Shown here piece by piece: positions 35,960-48,193 of a stretch of DNA of 48,899 bases. A program made the translations under genes and the position numbers. How positions within the stretch are numbered: position 1 is the stretch's first letter; the number at the start of each line of letters is the position of its first letter. The notes under the pieces were generated by a model, which did not search any database, was not told the origin of the DNA, and was given only the letters and a program-made list of their open reading frames with translations. Where the stretch lies: contig NC_057719.1 of NCBI RefSeq assembly GCF_004010195.1, positions 48,132,228 to 48,181,126 on the forward strand, in the 5' to 3' direction. The stretch comes from Chiloscyllium plagiosum (lineage: Eukaryota).

Positions 35960-36700
35960 GTCGATGTGCTGCTCCTCAGCAGTCCATGTGAAAGTATAGC
36001 TTCAGTTTTTACATGTATGCTGATACTATGTTGTACCTCATTGCCCCCTCACTGTCTCTCAAGTATTGCATTGTTCTGCCAGTCCTGGCTGTTTGATAGA
36101 GAACAAAATGCCATTGTTTTTAGGCCCAACATGAACTCTGGTCCCTTGCCTGTCACTTCATCTCTCACCCTGGCATCTGCCTGAGCTTGAATCTTAATGT
36201 TATATTCAACGTGCAATGAGCTTCTGGTCTTCCAGCTATACCTAGTTATAACCCTCCTAACAATATCCAACTCCACTCCGCCTTACCCTAATTCATCATT
36301 CTTTTGTTAAGTATAGATTTGACTCTTCCAACACTATTTTAAATAATGTTGCCTCAGGGCCATACTTCGATCAGAACTAGGAGAACAGGTCCTGGGGAAT
36401 GCATAGCCAAGTCTTTCTAAAACCTTCTGGCCTCCTGTATCTCCGGTTTTATTGATTGCATCATTGATGTGAATTCAATTGCCAAGGTTTTAAAACTCTG
36501 CAATTTCTTCAAATAACTTTCCCTTTCCCCTTGAAGATGCTCCATAAAGTAGTCCTCTGATCAAGCTTCTTGTTCTTGGGCTAGCTACTATGTCCTTACG
36601 TGCTTCGGTAACCAATAAAACTTGATAGCACTTCTATGATGTATCTGACTACCTTTTGGAGCCTTCATGATGTTAAATGCACTAAAGAAAATACCCAAAA
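35960..36700 (+). mobile_element. Old L2-like LINE 3' fragment
   Basis: Degenerate L2-type RT end and 3' tail. Boundaries approximate. Confidence 0.4.
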
Positions 36701-37928
36701 CTGACAACAGTTTTTTTTTGTGGTTTACAGAGATGAAGTCACTTAAGGATTTAAAAATAGGGTGAAAATTTTAAGTTTTAAACTCAAACAGGTACCTGGA
36801 ATGTGTGACGAGTCCTTCAGAATCTATCTGCAACTCTGAGACACTCTGTATATTGAAGATGAAAACATCAACTACGTTTACAAGCTTGGAACAATTGACT
36901 TAGACATGGTATTATATAAAAAAACTTGTATTTTAAGAAGAGGCTTGGGGAGAGAGCAAAGATGAAACTAAGGACTGACTACAGGCTCTGAACTCTCATA
37001 TTCTATTTATCCCGAAGAAAATGCGCCTACTGATACTGCAACATAAAAAGAAACATCACGACCCCAAAAACATCAAATATAACTGCAATGTTTACAATGT
37101 GTTGATCTAAGACACCATCAGACAACCACTGTATCAAGTTAAAACTTACACTCAGCTAACAAAAGATTCCAAATTGAATATTTTGTGATTTTGTTTTTTG
37201 TACTGGCACCTCACCGTCTTAGTTTTGTGTGTCAAAAGCAATAATGAAATTGTTCTTACTTTCACTTGTGCCACTTGCAAGGTTTTCTTACTATTACAGA
37301 TGAGCTTTGTCAACTACATTGTTCAGTGGTTGTTTTTAACCAGTGCAACACTTTGGACCAAAGACCTGTAGAATTATATTTCTCTGTTCACTATGTTCAG
37401 AATTGTAATAATTGCCTATGTAAATATCAGGATTATTTGAATTCGTTATGTGGTTGAATACATGCATCCAGAAATTGTGCAACTTTTCATTACATTTACA
37501 AAGCATGTGGTAGCAGAGGGCATTATCAGCACCAATGCCGGAAGCCACAATCAGAACAGTGGCTCAGTGCTGTGATGAGCTCAGTATGATACTCGATAGA
37601 TACAGTATTCTAACAAACAGTCGACAATAGGTGCAGGAGTAAACCATTCTGTCCTTCGACCCTGCACCACCATTCATTATGATCATGGCTGATCATTCTC
37701 AATCAGTATCCTGTTCCTGGATTAGTGGTGCTGGAAGAGCACAGCAGTTCAGGCAGCATCCGAGGAGCAGTAAAATTGACGTTTCGGGCAAAAGCCCTTC
37801 AGGAATAAAGGCAGAGAGCCTGAAGCGTGGAGAGATAAGCTAGAGGAGGGTGGGAGTGGAGAGAAAGTAGCAGAGAGTACAATAGGTGAGTGGGGGAGGG
37901 GATGAAGGTGATAGGTCAGGGAGGAGGG

Positions 37929-38837
37929 NNNNNNNNNNNNNNNNNNNNNNNNNNNNNNNNNNNNNNNNNNNNNNNNNNNNNNNNNNNNNNNNNNNNNNNN
38001 NNNNNNNNNNNNNNNNNNNNNNNNNNNNNNNNNNNNNNNNNNNNNNNNNNNNNNNNNNNNNNNNNNNNNNNNNNNNNNNNNNNNNNNNNNNNNNNNNNNN
38101 NNNNNNNNNNNNNNNNNNNNNNNNNNNNNNNNNNNNNNNNNNNNNNNNNNNNNNNNNNNNNNNNNNNNNNNNNNNNNNNNNNNNNNNNNNNNNNNNNNNN
38201 NNNNNNNNNNNNNNNNNNNNNNNNNNNNNNNNNNNNNNNNNNNNNNNNNNNNNNNNNNNNNNNNNNNNNNNNNNNNNNNNNNNNNNNNNNNNNNNNNNNN
38301 NNNNNNNNNNNNNNNNNNNNNNNNNNNNNNNNNNNNNNNNNNNNNNNNNNNNNNNNNNNNNNNNNNNNNNNNNNNNNNNNNNNNNNNNNNNNNNNNNNNN
38401 NNNNNNNNNNNNNNNNNNNNNNNNNNNNNNNNNNNNNNNNNNNNNNNNNNNNNNNNNNNNNNNNNNNNNNNNNNNNNNNNNNNNNNNNNNNNNNNNNNNN
38501 NNNNNNNNNNNNNNNNNNNNNNNNNNNNNNNNNNNNNNNNNNNNNNNNNNNNNNNNNNNNNNNNNNNNNNNNNNNNNNNNNNNNNNNNNNNNNNNNNNNN
38601 NNNNNNNNNNNNNNNNNNNNNNNNNNNNNNNNNNNNNNNNNNNNNNNNNNNNNNNNNNNNNNNNNNNNNNNNNNNNNNNNNNNNNNNNNNNNNNNNNNNN
38701 NNNNNNNNNNNNNNNNNNNNNNNNNNNNNNNNNNNNNNNNNNNNNNNNNNNNNNNNNNNNNNNNNNNNNNNNNNNNNNNNNNNNNNNNNNNNNNNNNNNN
38801 NNNNNNNNNNNNNNNNNNNNNNNNNNNNNNNNNNNNN
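37929..38837. other. Assembly gap (N run)
   Basis: N characters. Confidence 0.99.
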
Positions 38838-39006
38838 GACTTATCCTACCTGCCTAACTTCATTTCCACCTATCCACTCCACCCTCCCCCTGCCCCCGAC
38901 CTAGCACCTTCATCCACTCCCCCACTCACCTATTGTACTCTATGCTACTTTCTCCTCACCCTCCTCTAGCTTATCTCTCCACGCTTCAGGCTCTCTGCCT
39001 TTATTC

Positions 39007-39034
39007 CTGATGAAGGGCTTTTGCCCGAAACGTC
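39007..39034 (+). ncRNA. Minimal type I hammerhead ribozyme core (PLE-type)
   Basis: CUGAUGA-A-GGGC-UUUU-GCCC-GAAA-CG-UC. Confidence 0.68.
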
Positions 39035-39330
39035 GATTTTACTGCTCCTCGGATGCTGTCTGAACTGCTGTGCTCTTCCAGCACCACTAATCCAGAATCT
39101 GGTTTCCAGCATCTGCAGTCATTGTTTTTACCTAGTATTTTTTTCCTGCCTTATCCCCATAACCCTTGATTCCACTATCCTTAAGAGCTCTATCCAACTC
39201 TTTCTTGAAAGTATCCAGAGACTGGGCCACCTCTGCCCTCTAGGGCAGAGCATTCCATACACCCACCAGTCTGGGTGAAGATGTTTCTCCTCAACTCTGT
39301 TCTAAGTGGCCTCTGGTTCAGGACTCGCCA

Positions 39331-41985
39331 TCAGCGGAAACACGCTTCCTGCCTCCAGAGTGTCCAATCCTTTAATATTCTTATAGTCTCAATCAGATCC
39401 CCTCTCAGCCTCCTAAACTCAAGCATATACAAGCCCAGTCGCTCCAATCTTTCAGCGTAAGATAGTCCTGCCGTTCCAGGAATTGACCTTGTGAACCTAC
39501 ACTGCACTCCCTCAATAGCCAGAATGTCTTTTCTCAAATTTGGAGACCAAAACTGCACACAATATTCCAGGTGCGGTCTCACCAGGGCCCTGTACAGCTG
39601 CAGAAGGACCTCTTTGCTTCTATTCTCAATTCCTCTTGTTATGAAGGCCAGCATGCTAGTAGCTTTCTTCACTGCCTGCTGTACCTGCATGCTTGCTTTC
39701 ATTGACTGATTTACAAGAACACCTAGATCTCGTCGTATTGCCCCTTTACCTAACTTGACTCCATTTAGGTAGTAATCTGCCTTCCTGTTCTTGGCACCAA
39801 AGTGGATAACCACACAATTTATCCACCATGCATCTGTCCACTCACCTAGCCTGTCCAGGTCACCCTGTATTCTCCTAGTATCCTCGCCTTTCACCTTGCC
39901 ACCCAGCTTTGTGTCATCAGCAAATTTGCTAATATTACTTTTAATACCTTCATCTATATCATTAATGTACATTGTAAAAAGCTGTGGTCCCAGCACTGAT
40001 CCCCGCGGCACACCACTGGTCACCGCCTGCCGTTTATCACTACCCTTTGTTTCCTGTCAGCCAACTAATTTTCAATCCATGTCAGTATTTTGCCCCTAAT
40101 ACCATGTGCCCTAATTTTGCTCACTAACCTCTTATGTGGGACTTTCAGAAAGCCTTTGATAAAGTCCAGGTATATTACATCCACTGGATCTCCCTTCTCC
40201 ATCTTCAGAGTTACATCCTCAAAAAATTCCAGAAGATTGGTTGAGCATGATTTTCCCTTCATAAATCCATGCTGACTCTGACCTATCCTGTTACTGCTAT
40301 CCAGATGTCGTAATTTCGTCCTCTATAATTGACTCCAGCATTTTTCCCACCACTGAGGTCAGACTAACTGGTCTATAATTCTCTGTTTTCTCTCTCCCTC
40401 CTTTCTTAAAAAGTGGGACAACGTTAGCCACCCTCCAATCCACAGGAACTGATCCTGAATCTATAGAACATTGGAAAATGATCACCAATGCATCCACGAT
40501 TTCTCGAGCCGCCTCCTTCAGTAACCTGGGATGTAGACCATCAGGTCCCGGGGACTTATCAGCCTTCAGACCTAACAGTCTCTCCAACACCATTTCCTGC
40601 CTAATATAAATTCCCTTCAGTTCAGGTCCTTCAGCCACTATTACATCTGGGAGATTGCTCGTGTTCTCCAGTGAAGACAGATCTAAAGTACCAATTCAAC
40701 TCTTCTGCCATTTCTTTGTTCCCCGCAATAAATCACCCATTTCTGTCTTCAAGGGCCCAATTTTAGTCTTAACTATTTTTTTTCTTTTCACATACCTAAA
40801 AAAGCCTTTACTATCCTCCTTTATATTTTTAGCCAGTTTACCTTTGTACCTTATTTTTTCTTTACGTATTTCCTTTTTAGTTATCCTCTGTTGTTCTTTA
40901 AAAACTTCCTAGTCCTCTGATTTCCCTTTTGTCTTTATATGGTCCTTAACTTCCCTCGTCAGCCACGGCAACTCCTGCCTCCCCTTAGGATCTTTCTTCC
41001 TTTTTGAAATTAACTGATCCTGCATCTTCTGCATTATACCCAGAAATACCTGCCTTTGTTGTTCCACTGTCATCCCTGCTAGGGTATTGCACCATTGAAC
41101 TTTGGCCAGCTCCTCCCTCATAGCTCCATAGTTCCCCTTATTGAACTGAAATATTGTCACTTCCGATTCTACCCTCTCTCTCTCAAATTGCAGATTAAAG
41201 CTTATTGTATTGTGATCACTCCCTCCTAATGGCTCCTTTACTTCGAGGTTCCTGATCAAATCCGGTTCGTTGCACAACACCAGATCCAGAATTGCCTTCT
41301 CCCTGGTAGGCTCCAGCACAAGCTGTTCTCAGAATCCATTTCGGAGGCACTCCACAAACTCCCTTTCTTGGGCTCCAGTACCATCCTGATTCTCCCAGTC
41401 TACCTGCATGTTGAAATCCCCCATAACAACTGTAGTAATATCGTTGCGACAGGCCAATTTCAGCTCCTTATTCAACTTACACACTACATCCAGGCTACTG
41501 TTTAGGGGCCTGTAGATAACTCCCATTAGGGTCTTTCTATCCTTAGAATTTCTCAGCTCTATCCATATTGACTCTACATCCCCTGATTCTAAGGTCCCCC
41601 CGCACAAGGGACTGAACATCATTCCTTACCAACAGGGCCACCCCACCCCCTCTGCCCGTCAGNNNNNNNNNNNNNNNNNNNNNNNNNNNNNNNNNNNNNN
41701 NNNNNNNNNNNNNNNNNNNNNNNNNNNNNNNNNNNNNNNNNNNTCTAAGGTTCCCCCGCACAAGGGACTGAATATCATTCCTTACCACAGGGCCACCCCA
41801 CCCCCTCTGCCAGTCAGTCTGTCCTTACGATAGCACGTATAGCCTTGAATATTCATTTCCCAGGCCCTGTCCACTTGAAGCCACGTCTCAGGTATCCCCA
41901 CAACATCGTAACTGCCAATTTCCAAATGGGCCTCAAGCTCATCCACCTTATTTCTAATGCTTTGTGCATTTATATATAATATTTT
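39331..41985 (-). pseudogene. CR1 ORF2 (APE endonuclease and reverse transcriptase), frameshifted
   Basis: YINAQSIRNK, GVIYRP, VMGDFN, PTREKAILDLVLCN, GGSDHN, KSPGPDGLHPR, NYRPVSLTSVVGK, GVPRGSVLGP, KFADDTKL. Confidence 0.92.
41663..41743. other. Assembly gap (N run) flanked by a duplicated ~75-bp overlap
   Basis: 41588-41662 recurs at 41744-41817. Confidence 0.95.
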
Positions 41986-42229
41986 TAATTTATTACTCCC
42001 CTCACCCTTCCTATCAATTCACTTGACCTTATGGCATGATCCTTTTTTGAGTTTTCTGCTCCATTGATTCCGTTGTCTTTCTTGACTTCTCTTGTTCTAA
42101 CTTTCCCTTTAACTTCCTTCTTAAACTTCCAGTTTGTCCCCTCCCCCCCCCCGCTATTTAGTTTAAACGTAGCTGTGTTGCAGTGGCAAACATACCTGCC
42201 AGAATGCTGGCCCCCCACCTATTAAAGTG

Positions 42230-43100
42230 CAACCCGTCCCTCTTGTATAATTTATCCTTACCGCTAAACATACCCTAGTGATCCAAGAATTTAAATCCTT
42301 GCTTCCTGCACCAGTTCTCCAGCCACACGTTCAAGTTCATTATCTCCCTGTTCGCACATGTCCCTCCTCCCTACCTTTTATCTTCTCCTGCTGAACACTC
42401 TCTGCTCATTCTTGCAGGTCAGGCAGCATCTAGGGAACAGAATCTTCTGTTCCCTAGATGCTGCCTGACCTGCTGTGCTGTTCCAGCAATAAAGTTTCAG
42501 CTTTGATCTCCAGCGTCTGCAGACCTCACTTTCTCCATCCTTACCGCTAAACATACCCTAGTGATCCAAGAATTTAAATCCTTGCTTCCTGCACCAGTTC
42601 CCCAGCCACACGTTCAAGTTCATTATCTCCCTGTTCCTGACCTCTCCAGCATGAGGCGCTGGAGCAAAACGGTAGAATACCACCCTGGATGTCCTGCTTT
42701 TCAACCTCCTTCCAAGTTCTCCGAAGTCCCGCTGTAGAATGTCCCTTCTCTTCTTCCCGACGTCATTTGTGCCGACATGCACCACCACATCTGCCTCTTC
42801 ACCTTCGCCCTTGAGGATTTCCTGCACTCTGTCTGCGAGGTCCTTAATCCTGGCACCAGGAATGCAACACACCATCCTCAAATCCCACCTGTTGTTGCAG
42901 AAACCCCTTTCAGTCTCTCTCACTATGGAGTCCCCTATTACCACGGCTCTCTATGATGTCTGACTCCTCGGCTCTGCCTCCACGCCAATTTCTGATTGGC
43001 AGACCTGACTGCCTCTCGGACTGGCAGTGACGTCTGTCTCTACGGTTTCCAAGAGATCCAACCTGTTCCTGATAGGTACTTCTCCCAGGGTCTCTTGCAC
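42230..43100 (-). pseudogene. CR1 ORF1 with SGNH/GDSL-like esterase domain, disrupted
   Basis: VIGDSIVR, CIPGARIKDL, VVVHVGTNDVGK, LNVWLGNWCRKQGFKFLDH. Confidence 0.88.
42354..42536 (+). mobile_element. Penelope-like terminal-repeat fragment flanked by a 100-bp target duplication
   Basis: 42254-42353 equals 42537-42636 with one mismatch. Confidence 0.85.
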
Positions 43101-43229
43101 TTGTCTCATCTCTGCCTTCCTCACTGAGCATACCCATGAATACAAACAGTAAATTTGTAACATCATAAGCCAGACTGCAAGACTTGATAAGGATAATGAG
43201 TAGAACATTATACACTATAGAAAACCTGC

Positions 43230-44385
43230 TTACTGTGTGTTAATCATAGCATGTGTTAACACTATTGTATGTACCAATCTAAAACTTTGTCACTGTTTGT
43301 ATCTTGCGCCCAAAGAAGCCTACCATGAGCAAAATTGAGATGGTGCCAGTACAAAAATTCTTCTACTTCACACTACTGTACAGCATGTACACACACAAGT
43401 GGAAAATGACGACCCCTACAGTTATTGACAAGTTGCAGCCAACTATAGCTCGAAGATTCCATCCTGGGGGTGCATCAATCTTAATGTTTGCTAAATCAAC
43501 TCCGTGTGGTCATCCCAGATTTTCTATGTTGTAGACATTACTGGTCCAGTGCTTGCTAGTCTATCAATGTGTAAAGACCTGATCTTCATTGTCATTGCCT
43601 TTGTAGATGGTATGAATGGTAAAGAAAATAAACTACAAAGACAACATTCTCAGTTCTCTAGCTGACATTACATTATATATATCTGGATAGGATTAACAAC
43701 ATTGGAAGTTTCAAAGGTGACACTGTAGAGATTCTATGATAGTGTCTACATCTATATGCAAAACTATTCCTTAGGGCCCTCTTGTGTTGTAGTGATGGTT
43801 GTCCTGACTCCTGGAGTGGGAGATCCGGATTCAAGCTCCACCTGCTCCTGAGGTGTGTAATAATATTGCTGAACAGTCAAATAAAGAAAATTTAGACGTG
43901 AAACCTTCCATGATCCTTTGAGTTAGGTATAGTCTCCATGTCTTGAGTAAGATGAAAATAGAACTGGACAAGATGGAAAGAAATGACATTATCCATGAAG
44001 TCTTGAAACACATTAATTGATGTAACTCCATCACTTGCCGTACTGAAAAAGCTGTCCCTAAATGCGATTTTTATATCCAAGGAAGCACAGACTCCAGAAA
44101 CAGTGCCCACATCAAATTCCCAAATTCTGGGAATTAAATCTCAATTATAAGTGCTAAGTTTGCACTCAAGTTGACTGTCAGAGTGGATACTGGCTGGTAC
44201 ATCTGGAAGAGTCCATGAAGGAATTATTGATATCCTTCACTTCAATTGGGGGTTGGTGTTTGCAATGATTAGGATTTGGGCTTTCCATAATCAAGATCTT
44301 TTTCATCAACAAATGGACCGTATCCTGTATGCAATTCCAAATGCATTTGCACAGCAGATAATGATGTTGGCCTAACAAGGTAGAA
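43230..44385 (+). mobile_element. Decayed Gypsy/Ty3 LTR-retrotransposon pol fragment (protease to RT)
   Basis: Hand translation gives FYVVDITGPVLASLSMCKDL, KMKIELDKMERNDIIHEV, DCQSGYWLVHLEESMKELL, WCLQ*LGFGLS, QDLFHQQMDRIL. A SINE-like fragment interrupts at ~43773-43890. Confidence 0.72.
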
Positions 44386-45573
44386 ATGTATGGATTAGGA
44401 GTCAAAGAATTGGCCCATTGAGCCTCTTCCACCATTCAATAGGAACATGTGTTTGTTTTTTGATTTCCACATTCCTATCCATTCTAGCTATAGGTGATCA
44501 ACTAGGAAACATCAAGATATAACTCTACCATTTAAGACGCTAATCCCCTTAAAAAATGCCCTCCACACAAATGGGTTATAGCAATGTCAAAGGTTGCCAA
44601 TTGCATTTGAAAATGTCCCAACTACATTCTAAAGACTTTTAAATCAAGTAATAGCTAAAGTGTTGCTTTACATGTTTTTCGCAGATGTAACTACAGATTA
44701 ATTACACCATTGCCTAAGTAAAATACATTGTTATCACCCCTAATGCCTAAATCCATGCGTCAAAACTATTTTGCCTTACCCCTTCAAATTCTTTGTTATT
44801 GCTTTGTTAGTGTCTAGTAGAAAGCACATTTGTAGCATCATAACTGTTATCATACCCTATTCAACAAACAATGTCCTTATTAAAGATAAGTAAAATAATC
44901 AGCATTTAGTATAATTTATGTTGCAAGCATGCTGCAGACCATTCACCTGCATCTCTCCTCGCTGACCCTGTAAGATGTACATATTCTACTCTGTGACCTC
45001 AGGCACTGTCTAAACTTTTTCTAAATAAAGAGAGTAAACTGTAGCAAAAAGGGCAGGAGTTTGATATCCAGTATTCCATGTGGTCCATTCTAGGATGGTT
45101 ATGATATTATCCCCTTGAATGCAGAACCATGAAATGTTCTTGCAACAATTGGAACCATGCCTGACCATACAGAGACTGACATTGCCTTCCTGCACTCAAG
45201 CATTTTCTCACATTTTTAAAGGGGTGGCTGGAGTAGAATGAAATGGAGCTATCTTGAGAGGAGTCGGCTTTGTTTGATCCTTTTGGTTGTCTCCCAGGTT
45301 CTGATTATTCCCAGTAGATAGCTACTTCTGTGATAGTGCCACATCTCTAAACTTGGTCTTTCTAATCATTGGAAATGTGGAGGTTTATAACAGAAAGAAA
45401 GAAAAGATAAGAAAGAAAAGATATAATCTATTCTGTTTATACTGGTTCTTTACAAGAGTACAAAACTTATCCAATGATCCTAATCTTTACCTACAGCTCT
45501 GTATCGTTTTCTGGTTCAAATCTTTATCCATTGTTCTCTTAGAAGCAATAAAAGCCTATCTTTCAAATACGGA

Positions 45574-46250
45574 GTTGAGAGTGTTGCTGGAAAAGCACAG
45601 CAGGTCAGGCAGCATCCGAAGAGCAGGAAAATCGACATTTTGGCTAGACCCCTTCATCAGGAATGAGACTGGGAGCCTCAGGGGTGGAGAGATAAATGGG
45701 AGGGGGTGGGGCTGGGGAGAACGTAGCTGAGAGTGCAATAGGTGGCTGGAGGTGATAGGTCTGAGAGGAGGGTGGAGTCAATAAGTGGGAAGGAAGATTG
45801 ACAGGTGGGACAGGTCATGAGGGCAGTGCTGAGCTGGAAGGTTGGAACTGGGGTAAGGGTGGGAGGGGAAATGAGGAAACTGGTGAAGTCCACATTGATG
45901 CCCTGGGGTTGAAGTTTTCCGAGGCGGAACATAAGGCATTCTTCCTCCAAGCATTGGGTGGTGAGGGAGTGGCGATGGAGGAGGCCCAGGACCCCTGCAT
46001 GTCCTCGACAAAGTGTGTTGCAGAGTCTAGATTAGAGTGGTGCTGGAAAAGCACAGCAGGTCAGGCAGCATCCGAGGAGCAGGAAAATCGACGTTTCCGA
46101 CAAAAGCCCTTCATCAGGAATCGTGATGAAGGGCTTTTGCCTGAAACGTCGATTTTCCTGCTTCTCGGATGCTGCCTGACATGGTGTGCTTTTCCAGCAC
46201 CACTCTAATCTCCACTCTGGTTTCCAGCATCTGCAGTCCTCACTTTTGCC
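45574..46250. mobile_element. Penelope-like insertion: minus-strand GIY-YIG C-terminus and terminal repeat, followed by a palindromic unit (46021-46250)
   Basis: EEECLMFRLGKLQPQGINVDF on the minus strand. Back-to-back hammerhead-like cores at 46090-46117 (-) and ~46123-46150 (+). Confidence 0.85.
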
Positions 46251-46570
46251 ATATTTGTGTTGCAGTAAGTTCACAAAAATCATTGCAGTAAAATATTCCT
46301 TCATGAGTGTCAATTATTTGTCCTGCAATGAGTAGATATTGTGCTCAAAATTGGCTTATAACTAGTCAGCAGCTGCAAATTAGTTTGGATTACAACACTG
46401 CTGACAATTTGCTTCCTGTTTTTATATCTGTCATATCTGTTTATATGACAGCTCTGTTTATGTTGGGAAGTTTAATGTGATTCAATTTAGGGACATACAA
46501 CTGGCTGGAAATAGGTAATTGGCATAAATAGAAACAAAAGCATAATATAAACAGTATAAGTAACTATGGC

Positions 46571-46669
46571 TTTGACAAGGGGTCAGTTAGACTCAAAACA
46601 TCAGCTCTTTTCTCTCCTTACAAATGCTGCCAGACCTGCTGAGATTTTCCAGCATTTTCTCTTTTGGTT
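46571..46669 (+). mobile_element. Short Penelope-like terminal-repeat fragment
   Basis: Exact 14-bp TSD taagtaactatggc at 46557-46570 and 46670-46683. Confidence 0.7.
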
Positions 46670-47078
46670 TAAGTAACTATGGCGTCCCATTGGGCATCAA
46701 TGCTTTATGCTTTGCTCCAATAGATAGATATTGGAAGTCTCAATTTTAAGTTGCTCAGTTCAATTTGTTTCACTTAAAAGCTTCAAAGTTTAAAGTATTC
46801 CCAATGTATGTTGTCAATTTGGTTGTCAATGCACATTATTTTCTGTTGTCTTTGCATGTAATTTTCCAATTTTCCATTTTGTGGTGTTTTATTATTGCAT
46901 GTCATTTTATGCCATCATTGTGTGCCTTTTCTAATGTTATGTCTCATTGTGCATCATTTGGTTGCAATTCTGTTTAGTGAGCAACCAAATCAGTGACATT
47001 CTGAAGTTAGTGTAACTGGAAGTGTTCATTCACACTTGAGGGCATGGTGATTTTTATAAAAATACATAGGGACATTTA

Positions 47079-47900
47079 TAGAGTCATAGTGTCATACAGC
47101 ATGGAAATAGACCTTTCAGTCCAACTCTTCCACACTGACCAGACGTCCCAGTCTGACCTAGTTCCATTTGCCAACACCTACCCCATATCTCTCTAAACCT
47201 TTCTTATTCATATACCTATCCAAATGCCTTTCAAATTTTGTAATTGTGCCCACCTTCCCCACTTCCTCTGGCAGCTTGTTCCATATACGCACAACCCTCT
47301 GCGTGAAAAAGCTACCCCTTGGGTCCTTTTTAAATCTTTCCCCTCTCACCATAAATCTATTCCATCTAATTTTGGACTCCCCCACCATAGGAAAAAGACA
47401 TTGGTTATTCACCCTATCCATGATTTTATAAACCTCTGCGGTCACTCAGCTTCCGATGCTTTAGGTAAAATAGCCCCAGCCTATTCGGCCTCTCTCTATA
47501 ACTCAAACCCTCCAGGGCTAGCAACATCCTTGTAAATCTTTTTGCACCCTCTCAGGTATATTACATCTTTTCTATAGAAGGGCAATTACAGTTGTACACA
47601 GTATTCTAAAAGTGCCTCACCAATGTCCTGCACAGCAATATGACATCCCAATTCCTCTGCTCAATGTTCTTACCAATGAAAGCAAGTGTGCAAAAATCTT
47701 CTTCACCACCCTGTCTACCTGAGACTCAATTTTCAAGGAACTGTGTACCTACACCCCAGGTTTCTTGTCTGCAACACTCCCCAGGGTCCTACCAGTAACT
47801 GTATACGTCCTGTCCTGGTTTGCCTTACCAAAATGCAACACCTCATGTTCATCTAAATTAAACTCCATCTGCTGCTTCTTGGACCATTGGCCCATTTCTC
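47079..47900 (-). mobile_element. HER1-like CR1 3' fragment
   Basis: EVYKIMDRV...RGERFKKDPRGSFFTQRVVRIWNKLPEEV and an (ATGACTCT)-type tail. Confidence 0.88.
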
Positions 47901-48193
47901 AAAGAAGAATTTTAAACCAACAGGTTGTTTTTGTGAGGAAGAAATTAAAGATTGGGATGTTCATTTCTGCCATGTTTTGACTCTTTAACCTGATGTTGGA
48001 ACTCAAGTGTATTTGCTGTTCAGCTTTACATTGGGTGAGGCAGAGAGACCATTTTAAAGCTTGTGAGAAGGAGGCATTTGTTGCTGTGCACAGTTGAAAT
48101 TATTTTCACGTCTCAGGGCTTGTTTGGGTGAAAATATGAGGATGTAGCATTTATTCTTCAGGATCCTGACATTTTGGTTAATTTAGAGCTATA

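Larger units (their letters stand above)
37720..39133. mobile_element. Inverted Penelope-like insertion in the CR1 3' UTR, centre unassembled
   Basis: 37720-37928 is the reverse complement of ~38880-39095. Approximate TSD agtatcctgttcctg / agtatttttttcctg. Confidence 0.85.
37625..43100 (-). mobile_element. Near full-length CR1 LINE (disrupted ORF1 esterase and ORF2 APE-RT)
   Basis: Collinear minus-strand ORF1, endonuclease, RT and 3' tail. Interrupted by PLE insertions and a gap. Confidence 0.93.

Noticed and set aside
37886..38969. The two longest ORFs in the track (323 and 359 aa)
   Set aside because: They are almost entirely X from the N gap.
41588..41817. 75-bp direct repeat in CR1 ORF2
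   Set aside because: It flanks an N gap directly, typical of unmerged contig overlap.
42558..42944. GDSL/SGNH hydrolase as a host or horizontally acquired gene
   Set aside because: It lies upstream of and collinear with CR1 ORF2, and esterase ORF1s are established for CR1 elements.
19200..48190. A second host protein-coding gene downstream of KTN1
   Set aside because: I could not recognise any spliceable exons with convincing protein similarity. Small exons could have been missed.
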